From a virus (taxonomy: Duplodnaviria; Caudoviricetes): DNA of 30,311 bases. The translations under genes and the position numbers were made by a program. Positions 17,661 through 27,100 of this stretch are shown here, piece after piece (positions within the stretch are counted from its first letter, which is position 1; every line of letters starts with the position of its first letter). The DNA is taken from the IMG/VR virus record IMGVR_UViG_3300043442_001143, positions 1-30,311 of that record, one strand, 5' to 3'. The notes beneath the pieces are model-generated. The model saw nothing but the letters and a program-made list of their open reading frames with translations, did no database searches and was not told the DNA's origin.

Positions 17661-18218
17661 ATGAATTACGAAGCAAGAGATTATATTAGTGTAGGACCAA
17701 AGTTTAGAATTACTACAAATGATCCTTTAATGGGAGGAGATGGAACATCTGTTTATCAAATGTATGCTTATACAAATGATAATGATGTACATTTGCAGAC
17801 TTTTACTGAAACAGGGTCTTATAAGATTCTAAATGACAAAGGAATTGAAATCGTTGCAGGAAATACAGGATCTGAGGGAAGTGTTGATATTTGTCTTACT
17901 GGATTAGGTGGAGATATTTGTATCACTGCAATGAGTAATGGCACAGTGAAAATCAAAGGAAAAACTATTATGATTGAGGCGGTGGAAGATTTGGATATGA
18001 AAGCAGGTAGAAATATTAACTTAGTGTCTGGATCTGGTAGAATTATTCAGAAAGCAAATAAAATAGATCAAGTTGCATTGACTGGTAATGCTATTCTTGA
18101 TACTTTTGGAAAGAGAGCATTCTCACTCTCTCCTGTTGGAAATGAATACATTACTGATGTATTTGTTGGTGGATTAAATGTAATTGGTGCAATTAAAACG
18201 ATTGTAGGAGTAGGATAA
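17661..18218 (+). CDS. Putative beta-helical spike protein (gp5 C-terminal-like)
   Basis: Periodic short beta strands (GDICITAMSNGTVKIKGKTIMIEAVEDLDMKAGRNINLVSG); directly follows gp5. Confidence 0.5.
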   Translation: MNYEARDYISVGPKFRITTNDPLMGGDGTSVYQMYAYTNDNDVHLQTFTETGSYKILNDKGIEIVAGNTGSEGSVDICLTGLGGDICITAMSNGTVKIKGKTIMIEAVEDLDMKAGRNINLVSGSGRIIQKANKIDQVALTGNAILDTFGKRAFSLSPVGNEYITDVFVGGLNVIGAIKTIVGVG

Positions 18219-18925
18219 TGTCAGCAGTAAATACTCTATTCAGTCTAATTGGATTTCCATTATTACCTAAAAAAGGTGAGGAAAAGTTTTATCATGACAA
18301 TAGTACTTTTAATCAAAATGTAAGAATCACTGGAGACTTAATTTCACAAAGCAATTCTTTAACTCTTGGTGAAAAAGTAATTTGTGGAAATACTTATCTG
18401 GTCTTAAATCCATTAAACAGAAAAGCACAACTCCCAAATCTTTTTGTATCTGGAAGTATTTTTGGATTTAATAATTTAGTCATATCTAATATTTCGATTT
18501 TTAACAATACAGTCATTGCAAATCGCAATATGATTGTGAATGGAAGAATAATTCTAGCAAACTGTGGAGATGTTGCTTCTAGAATTAACCGAGCAGATAC
18601 ACTTCCATCATCAGATATAAGATTAAAGGAAAATATTAGTCCAATCAAAAATGCTCTGGAAAAAGTATCTAAATTAAATGGAGTTGAATATGACTTTAAA
18701 GATTCAAAAGATTATGGTTACTTAAAGAAACATCAGATTGGTTTAATTGCACAGGAAGTAGAAAAAGTTATTCCTGAGGTTGTATCTGAGCAAGAGAATG
18801 GCAATCTAGGAGTATCATATCAACATTTAACTGCTGTGTTAGTTGAAGCAATTAAAGAGCAACAGTCTCAAATTGACAGTCTTAGAAAAGAAATTGAAGA
18901 ATTAAAAAATGGAGAACGTAAATGA
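18218..18925 (+). CDS. Virion protein with C-terminal intramolecular chaperone (peptidase S74) domain
   Basis: SDIRLKENI..ALEKV..LNGVEY, IGLIAQEVEKVIPEVV and LVEAIKEQQ coiled coil. Confidence 0.85.
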   Translation: MSAVNTLFSLIGFPLLPKKGEEKFYHDNSTFNQNVRITGDLISQSNSLTLGEKVICGNTYLVLNPLNRKAQLPNLFVSGSIFGFNNLVISNISIFNNTVIANRNMIVNGRIILANCGDVASRINRADTLPSSDIRLKENISPIKNALEKVSKLNGVEYDFKDSKDYGYLKKHQIGLIAQEVEKVIPEVVSEQENGNLGVSYQHLTAVLVEAIKEQQSQIDSLRKEIEELKNGERK

Positions 18926-19602
18926 GCGAACAACTTACTAATTTATTATCTGGAAAAATTGAAGGAAATAATAGTTCGATTGAGGTATTAGCAGAGAGAA
19001 GACCTGGAATACAAACAAATATTGACTTGTTTTCTCCCGTTTGCAATACAATTGATGGTCAAATTGTTTCTATTGCTGCAAGTATTGTAACGATTCAAAC
19101 TGAAATTGTTGGTCTGTCTACAAATGCTTATGCTGTTGGATGTGGAACTACCAGTGGTGCTGTAACAATCTTTCCAGACACTGTAAGAAATTATAGTTAT
19201 AACATTTCCACAAAGTCTTATGATGGAAATTCTCCCTATGATGTTAATATTGCTTTCTTAAATTCTGGGAATGTGGGATTTGGCACACTTTTAATACATA
19301 CTCAAAATGATTCTTCACAATCAGGAATAGGCACTCTTTATGATGATATAGGAGTTTGCTACAGAATACCTTGTACTTCTGGTAATTGTGTTTCTTTTGC
19401 TTCTTCCATTACTGAAAAGCAAAATCAACTTACAATTCTTAGAAATCAATTAACAAGTTTAGTCACATCTTCTAACAATGTAAAAACAGAAAGAGTTGAT
19501 TATGAAGTAGAAAGATATGCAGGAAATTATACAATTCGTATTTTGACCGAAGAAAATACACGAATATCCACAGCAATTACAACAATCAAAAATTACTCTT
19601 AA
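18922..19602 (+). CDS. Hypothetical (probably virion-associated) protein
   Basis: 226-aa ORF coupled by an ATGA overlap; last gene of the tail operon. Confidence 0.6.
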   Translation: MSEQLTNLLSGKIEGNNSSIEVLAERRPGIQTNIDLFSPVCNTIDGQIVSIAASIVTIQTEIVGLSTNAYAVGCGTTSGAVTIFPDTVRNYSYNISTKSYDGNSPYDVNIAFLNSGNVGFGTLLIHTQNDSSQSGIGTLYDDIGVCYRIPCTSGNCVSFASSITEKQNQLTILRNQLTSLVTSSNNVKTERVDYEVERYAGNYTIRILTEENTRISTAITTIKNYS

Positions 19603-19609
19603 GCACCCC

Positions 19610-19638
19610 TTGACACCAGGACCAGGACGCCCTACAAT
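19610..19638 (+). promoter_or_regulatory. Sigma70-type early promoter
   Basis: TTGACA (19610-19615), 17-nt spacer, TACAAT (19633-19638). Confidence 0.75.
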
Positions 19639-19663
19639 ATGGGGGTAATCAACGAAACACCCC

Positions 19664-19864
19664 ATGAGCACCGCACAAGAGACTGTCCAAGGTATTGTGA
19701 TTGATGTCTGCTCCCGCACCTTCCTGCTCCTGAGCGACCAAGGAAGTGAGCGTCTGGTAGAATGTGAGACCGTTCAAGAGTTTATGAATGTGTTGGAAGT
19801 GGTAACTGCAAATCTTGATCCTGAGCAAATTGAATATGCAGACCTTGCGGTTTATGGGCAGTGA
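19664..19864 (+). CDS. Small acidic hypothetical early protein
   Basis: 66-aa ORF directly downstream of the sigma70-type promoter. Confidence 0.7.
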   Translation: MSTAQETVQGIVIDVCSRTFLLLSDQGSERLVECETVQEFMNVLEVVTANLDPEQIEYADLAVYGQ

Positions 19865-19880
19865 TGCTATAATATAAATA
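19845..19880 (+). promoter_or_regulatory. Tandem sigma70-type and late promoters
   Basis: TTGCGG (19845-19850), 17-nt spacer, TGcTATAAT (19868-19873), overlapping TATAAATA (19873-19880). Confidence 0.6.
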
Positions 19881-19895
19881 TCCTCAAAGAAAAGA

Positions 19896-20069
19896 ATGGA
19901 AATTTTCACGGTGGAAGAGTTTCAGGAAAGATTTGAAGAATTGATTGAAAGAGTGGAAAGTGGAGAGCACATAGGTATTGTGGATGAGAATGGAAAGGCA
20001 GCAGTAATGATACCTGCCAATGATGATCTCATACGAATACACACTGAGGAAAACAACGAAGCTCAGTGA
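19896..20069 (+). CDS. Phd/YefM-like small protein; not in the ORF track
   Basis: Hand translation: MEIFTVEEFQERFEELIERVESGEHIGIVDENGKAAVMIPANDDLIRIHTEENNEAQ (57 aa), matching the Phd-type N-terminal pattern. Confidence 0.65.
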   Translation: MEIFTVEEFQERFEELIERVESGEHIGIVDENGKAAVMIPANDDLIRIHTEENNEAQ

Positions 20070-20085
20070 TATTCTGAGTTTTTGT

Positions 20086-20157
20086 GGGAGCATAGCTTAA
20101 TGGTTAGAGCGGGCACCTTATAAGTGCTTAGCGCGGGTTCAACTCCCGCTGTTCCCA
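20086..20157 (+). tRNA. trnI: tRNA-Ile (anticodon UAU)
   Basis: Acceptor GGGAGCA/TGTTCCC; anticodon arm GGCAC-CTTATAA-GTGCT; T arm GCGGG-TTCAACT-CCCGC; no encoded CCA. Confidence 0.9.
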
Positions 20158-20173
20158 TTACATACTCTTATTG

Positions 20174-20181
20174 TATAAATA
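20174..20181 (+). promoter_or_regulatory. T4-type late promoter for the HNH gene
   Basis: Exact TATAAATA about 30 nt before ATG 20210. Confidence 0.65.
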
Positions 20182-20209
20182 GGTGTATGTATATTTTCAT
20201 AACACCATA

Positions 20210-20641
20210 ATGTATTCTACTATTACTAATTGTCAAGGTTGTGGATGCGACATTCTAAATCAAAGAATGACAAAGGGGCGACTAAAAAAATGGTGTAGTA
20301 ATTCTTGTAGACAAAAATGGCGTTATAAAAACGATAAAAACATTATTGATAGAAACACTTACACTGAACAAAAGGCAAGGGGGTATTCCAATAAATGGAA
20401 AGCCCTTCAATATAAGGGTGGTAAATGTCAATCTTGTGGAGAAAGTAGACCAGCAACTTTGTGTTTTCATCATAGAGATCCATCTGAAAAATCATTTAAT
20501 CTTGATGGAAGAACCTTTGCTAATAGAAAGTGGGAATTTGTTAAGGAGGAAGTTAATAAATGCGACCTTCTTTGCCATAACTGCCATCATATGCTACACT
20601 ATGGTGATAGTTGGGAAGAATTTCTAAGCGAGCAGGTTTAG
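20210..20641 (+). CDS. HNH endonuclease with N-terminal zinc finger, inside the tRNA cluster
   Basis: CQGCG..WCSNSC, then YKGGKCQSCG..LCFHHRDPSEK..EVNKCDLLCHNCH. ATG 20210 preferred to GTG 20183, which is too close to the late promoter. Confidence 0.85.
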   Translation: MYSTITNCQGCGCDILNQRMTKGRLKKWCSNSCRQKWRYKNDKNIIDRNTYTEQKARGYSNKWKALQYKGGKCQSCGESRPATLCFHHRDPSEKSFNLDGRTFANRKWEFVKEEVNKCDLLCHNCHHMLHYGDSWEEFLSEQV

Positions 20642-20706
20642 CAATCTGGTAGAATGCTCGGAACTCATAATTCCGCGAAGGATGGGTTCGATTCCCTCAA
20701 CCTGCA
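20632..20706 (+). tRNA. tRNA with CAU anticodon (elongator Met, or Ile2 if lysidinylated)
   Basis: Acceptor GCAGGTT/AACCTGC; anticodon arm CGGAA-CTCATAA-TTCCG; T loop TTCGATT with a bulged T stem (GATGGG/CCCTC). Confidence 0.82.
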
Positions 20707-20707
20707 C

Positions 20708-20741
20708 TTGACCATAAAGACTCTTTGAGTTATAATGGTCA
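20708..20741 (+). promoter_or_regulatory. Sigma70-type promoter for tRNA-Leu embedded in an inverted repeat
   Basis: TTGACC (20708-20713), 17-nt spacer, TATAAT (20731-20736); flanking TGACCAT/ATGGTCA palindrome. Confidence 0.7.
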
Positions 20742-20748
20742 CATACAC

Positions 20749-20823
20749 GGGCGTGTATTCCAACCAGGCAGAGAAAATCGACTTAAAATCGATCCAGTGT
20801 GGGTTCGAATCCCACCACGCCTA
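20749..20823 (+). tRNA. trnL: tRNA-Leu (anticodon UAA), short variable loop
   Basis: Acceptor GGGCGTG/CACGCCT; anticodon arm ATCGA-CTTAAAA-TCGAT; T arm GTGGG-TTCGAAT-CCCAC. Confidence 0.88.
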
Positions 20824-20847
20824 TAAAAATAAATATAAGATACGGGA

Positions 20848-21162
20848 GTGAATCCTATGTCTTATCGTATCGACTCCGCATACTGCTGGTATAATAATGG
20901 CAGTATGATAGTGAAGATGTATTTTATCAATCATATTCCATTTACTTTCGATGAACTTCCCGATGGTCACTTATACGATTTAGATCTTTGTAGAGCAGCA
21001 GATAAAAATCGCACATATGACCCAGACGATTTATATCGGTCTTCATTTTATCTGATAGACGAGGAAGCACATCCATTCCTGTTTCCAGTAGAATTAGAAA
21101 ACCCAGAAGACCTTCCAGAAGACGACGAAATTGATTTTGATGGTGGAGATTTGACTTCATAA
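20848..21162 (+). CDS. Hypothetical phage protein with acidic C-terminus
   Basis: 104-aa ORF after ATAAATA; start is GTG 20848 or ATG 20857. Confidence 0.7.
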   Translation: MNPMSYRIDSAYCWYNNGSMIVKMYFINHIPFTFDELPDGHLYDLDLCRAADKNRTYDPDDLYRSSFYLIDEEAHPFLFPVELENPEDLPEDDEIDFDGGDLTS

Positions 21163-21198
21163 ATAAAAGATAGCAATATCTTAATAAGTCATAATCCG

Positions 21199-24100
21199 AT
21201 GCCATTAAATAAACTTGACAATTTTATCAAGAATACTGAAGGGCGCACATTATATGTAAATCCCAATGATTTAGACGCTACAGATTCTATTACGAATACT
21301 GGCAACTCTCTTGCACAACCTTTTAAAACGATTCAGAGAGCACTTTTAGAAGCGGCAAGATTCTCTTTTGTGAATGGAAAGGGTAATGACTTAGTAGAAA
21401 AAACAACAATTCTTGTCTTCCCTGGCGAGCACCTAATTGATAACAGACCTGGGTTTGCCATTTATGATAATGGTGGCACTGCGTATGCTGTTCCTCCAAC
21501 CGGCGGTGCAGGAACTCCAGCACTCTCAACATTATCTTTAGAATTAGATTCTAATTTTGACTTAACACAAGAAGACAATATTCTTTATAAGTTTAACAGT
21601 GTTAATGGCGGTATTATTATACCTAGAGGCACATCAATCGTTGGTCTTGATTTAAGAAAAACGAAAGTCAGACCAAAATATGTTCCAAATCCAACAGATC
21701 CTTTAGTAAGAAAGTCTGCAATTTTTAGAGTTACTGGAGCGTGTTATTTCTGGCAGTTTTCATTCTTTGACGCTGATGAGTCTGGTTTAGTTTATACTCA
21801 TCCTTCATTCTTTACAAGTAATTATCAGTCAGTTCCAAGATTCTCACATCATAAACTCACTTGCTTTGAGTATGCTGATGGTGTCAATGAAGTTGGCACA
21901 TATGGTCTCACTGACCTTGATATGTATTATAGCAAACTTTCAAATGCTTTTAATTCATATCGTCCAATTCCAGCAGATGCAAAGTTTCCTGCAAGTGATG
22001 AAGACTTTGCTAAGATGGCACCTGAATGGGAAATTGTTGGTGCATTTGCTTCTGACCCGATTGATATTCAATCAGTTATTTCCGGAAACGGCACAACTGC
22101 AACTACTTTAGTTACAGTTACAACGACAGAAGGACATAATCTAACTTCAGGAACACCGATTAAGATTAAAGGAGTTAGTACTCCAGAATATAATATTTCC
22201 ACAAAAGTACAAAATGTCTTAAGTGCAACTCAGTTTACATATTTACTCGAATCATTCCCAATTACTTTAGATCCAACACCTATAGTAACTGGAGCGACAA
22301 TAACTGTTGAAACTGATACCGTATCTGGTGCATCTCCTTATATCTTTAACTGTTCTCTCAGATCCGTCTGGGGTATGAATGGAATGCACGCTGATGGTAG
22401 CAAAGCATCAGGATTCCGTTCAATGGTTGTTGCACAGTTTACCGCTGTGTCACTGCAAAAAGATGACCGCGCATTTGTAAAATATGACTCAATAACAAGA
22501 AGTTATAATGGTGTAAATTATTCCACTGTTTATGGTGGAGCACTACCAACGGGAGCATCACAAACAGATACTGCAAAAGTTTATCACTTAGATCCTGATG
22601 CAATTTATAGACAAGGATGGGAAACAAGTCACATCAAGGTTTCCAATGATTCCTTCATTCAGGTAGTATCAGTCTTTGCAATTGGATTTAATAAGCATTT
22701 TGATCTAGAGTCTGGTGGCGATGCTTCTATTACTAACTCAAACTCAAACTTCGGTCAGATATCACTTAACTCTGAGGGATTCAAGGCAGAAGCATTTGAT
22801 AAGGATAATAATGCCTTTATTACATCCATCATTGCTCCAAGAGACATTGACACTACAGTAGAAGAAGATATTGAATGGTTGTCAATTGATGTTGGTCTTA
22901 CAACTTCTGTGGGTGTTTCAACTCACTTATATCTCTACGGTTTAAATGCTGCAGATAGTTTACCAGTAAGTGTTACTCAAGGTTATCGCATTGGTGCTCG
23001 TCACGGAGATAAATTATATCTCTCAATCAATAATACTGAATATTCTGCAGACATTTATATGCAGGATGGTGTAACAAGTTCTTATAAAGTTTATGATGTT
23101 TCAAGTGTATCATCTTCAACTTTAACAGTAGGAACTCACACAATTTCAACTGGTGAAAGAATCATCATTAATAGTGAAAGTGGAGATTTACCTGAGAATG
23201 TAACTCCTCATATTGTATACTATGCGATTCGCGTTAATTCTACACAAATCAAGTTAGCAACATCATTTACAAATGCTCTTAACAATGAAGGATTGACAAT
23301 TTATGGAGGAACTCAACTGAAAGTTTACAGTAGAGTTTCTGATAAATCATCTGGTAATATTGGGTCTCCAATTCAGTTTGATTCAACATCAGGAAATTGG
23401 TATATTACTGTAAATAGTGCAAACCAAATTTATAATCAACTGAATACTCTTGGAGTTGCTGGTTTAAGTGAAACAACTGATCTTACTTATGTTAAGAGAA
23501 TTGTTGATGATCGTAGTTTGGATGAGAAGGTTTATAAGGTAAGAGTTGTAATTCCAAAAGAATTATCTGCTGCTAAAGATCCAGAAGATGGTTTTATTCT
23601 TCAGGAATCTAGCACAACAGGCGCGAGAGCAGATGACTTTACCAGAACTAGTATTGCAAGCACCGACTTTGAGTATAATAAGAATCCAAGATTTATTACA
23701 ACTTGCACTTTAGCGTCCACCACTGTCACAGTCCTAACATCGCTTCCTCACGGACTCAATGTTGGTGATTTAGTCGTTATTCGCAATGTAACTGACAGCA
23801 GCAATCCAAGTGGTCTTTATGATCGTGGATATAATGGTAAGTTTGCTGTTGCATCAATTGTTGATGATATGTCATTTACACATTCTGTAATTGATGTAAA
23901 TGGAAAAACACATACACCAGGATCGACTAGCACAAACGATATTAACTCTAGAACAACTGCAGATCAAGTTAGAGACTTGCCAAGATTTGAAAGAAATGAT
24001 TGGCAGTCAAATCTATATATTTACCGTAATGAAGTTATCTCACCTTATGTGCAGGGGTCTCAAGATGGAATCTATCATCTCTATGTCTTAAATGCAAGTA

Positions 24101-27100
24101 ATAAGATTACAGAAGAGTTTACTAATCTTGAGTATTCACAAAGTCCTGTAGATCTTTATCCTCAATTAGATAGAGATAACATTGAAGCAAACCCACAATC
24201 TGCAAAGACATTTGCTCTTCGTGCTCCAATTGGTGACACAAATACAAGTGACCTTAAGAAGAGCATCACTAGAGAAACTGTAGATAAACTTTCTGGTGTT
24301 TTAGGAATTGGACAGTCAATAACATCAGTTTCTTCTTCTGCTTCAAGTGCAACTCTTACTTTTGGAAGAAGACACGGACTTGCTGGAATTTCTATTGGTG
24401 CAATTACTGCAGGTGCCTCTTATAATAATGGCACTTATTATGATGTAAAACTCTTAAACACTGATGCTGATCCCTTAGTAGGAACTTGGAAAGGAGCAAC
24501 TGCAAAGGTAATTGTGAGTGGTGGTGCTGTTACATCAGTTGATATTATCTCCAAAGGATCTGGATACACCAACGGCGAAGCACTTTTCTTTGACAATACC
24601 AGAATTGGCGCTGGTAATGGAAATGCAAGATACACCATCGCAACTGCTGGTATTACAACAAGTATTGGTGATGTAGTTCAGGTCACCGGTGTTGGCACTG
24701 TAACTGATGGATACTATAGAATCAGTGCTGTTAATTCGCAAACTCAAATATCTGTTGCCAAGACTGTTGGAGATTCAACTCCAATTCCAGGCCAATATGC
24801 ATTTATAGTTGGACCATCATCGAAGATTACTGCAAGACCTTATGATTCAACAACGGGCATTACTACATTTACAACTCAAACTCCTCACGGATTGTTGAAG
24901 GGTAACAAGTTTAGAGTTATCAACTCTACTAATAATAATCTAGGTGATTATGTTGTTGAAGAAAGAGTTGGTGTTAATACATTCACTGCGATTACTAATA
25001 AGTCTTTAAGTGCTACAAATGGTTATATTCTCAAGCACGGATATTCTGCCAATGAAGCAATTTCTGATGCAAGAGAAGAAAACTTTGGTATTCGTCAAGT
25101 TTCATTCTATGAAAATGAGATTGTAAAACTTTCAACAGCAATCTCTGATGATGCTTCAGCAACTACGGTAGTCATTTCAACAATCAATTCTGGAATTGGC
25201 ACTGCTGCAAGATTCCCAATGGGATCTTATATTCAGGTTGATAGTGAAATTATGAGAATTACTTCTTCAAGTAATAATTCTCAATTCACGGTAATTCGCG
25301 GTGCTCTTGGAACTCGCAAAGAGTCTCACGATGCTGATTCTTTAATTCGTAAGATTAATCCAATTGCAGTTGAATTCCGTAGACCATCAATTCTCCGTGC
25401 TTCTGGACATACTTTTGAATATCTTGGATATGGTCCAGGTAACTACTCCACAGGTTTACCACAAGTTCAAGTCAAGTCACTGACAGAAAGAGAAGACTTC
25501 TTAGTTCAATCTCAAGAAAGAGCAGGTGGTATTGTTGTTTACACTGGTATGAATAACAGTGGAGATTTCTTCACTGGAAATACAAAGACTTCTTCCTCAT
25601 CGGGTGAAGTTACCTCTTATGATATTCCAACACCAACTGTAACGGGTGAAGATCCTTCCAAGTCAAGTGTTGTTTATGATGAAGTAACTGTTAAGGAAAG
25701 ACTTCTTGTTGAAGGTGGAGATTCTGGCACGGTTCTTTCACAGTTTGATGGACCTGTTACATTTAACAAGCAAATCAGAAGCAAAGATACTTCTACTTTC
25801 AGTGGTCAGGTTAGAGTTACAAACACTACAACATCAGACTCAACTGGCAAAGGTGCTCTGACTGTTAAAGGTGGTGTTGGAGTTGGTGAAAACTTAAATG
25901 TTGGAGGTAATTCTACTTTCACTGGAAGTGTTTTACTTTCAAATCTTACAGATTCAACCTCAACCTCAACAGGTGCATTAAGAGTCTTAGGTGGTGTTGG
26001 AGTTGCTAAGACAGTTACTTCTCTAGGATTGACTGTAACTGGCAATGCAAGTATTGGAAGCACTCTTACAGTTTCTGGTGCAGAAGGAATTACATCTCCA
26101 AAATTCAAAGCAACTGTCCCACAATCTTCAACTTTGAATGGCACTCCAACATTCAAAATGCTTCGTGCAGACGGAAACCAAGACTTTATCACTTTCCGCG
26201 AAGTGCAGAATGCTCTTGGATATATTCCTGCAGACTCTGCAACAATTACTGGAGACTTCCCACTCGGAAATTCCTTAGTTTGTGATGATATTTCTGGATC
26301 ATTTGATGAATCTACTACAGATTTTACTCTTCGTATTGCAGGCACAGCGTTCATTCCTGCTGGAAGTTCTGCAAACTTAATTGTATCTGTTGGTGGTGTT
26401 ATTCAAAGACCAGGTGCAGACTTTATAATTGTAACTTCTGGTGGTGCAAATACAAGCACAATTAGATTTACAACTGCACCTGCATCTGGAGTTTCTTGCT
26501 TCATTGTTGCTCTTGGCGGTCAAGGATCTCTGATTTCTAATATTGATTGGGACACTAAAGGACAGATTCTTGTTGCTACTGGAGATAATACTGCTGCAAG
26601 ACTTGCAGTTGGTGCAAACGGAACAGTCTTAACTGCAGATGACACTCAAGCAACAGGTGTTAAATGGGCACCTGGCACTCCTGTTGGATCATTCTTCTAT
26701 ATGGCAGCATCTTCTGCCGATACTGCAACTGGTGGTAGTGCAACAATTGGAGCAACTGAATATCATGCACCAGAAGGTTATCTGATTTGTAATGGTGGAG
26801 ACATTCCTACCAGTGGCACATTCCAAGGAGTTAATGCCTCTCTTCTCCAAAATCTTCGTAGTTTCTTAGGATCCACTTATGGTGCTACAGGAAGACTTCC
26901 AAATTTAATTAATAACTTCGCAGGTTATTCTGCGGTGCCTGGTCAAACAGGTGGCGCTGCTACAGTTACATTAACAACTGCACAAATGCCTTCTCATAAT
27001 CATAGTGCTAGTACTTCTGAAAATGGATCACACACGCATGGCACATCAACAGGACAGGAATGGGCAATGCGAAATACTCCAGGTCTTGACAGAGCTTATG

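Noticed and set aside
19884-20093. 69-aa minus-strand ORF (and 19649-19909)
   Set aside because: Antisense to the promoter-supported plus-strand ORFs and overlapping tRNA-Ile.
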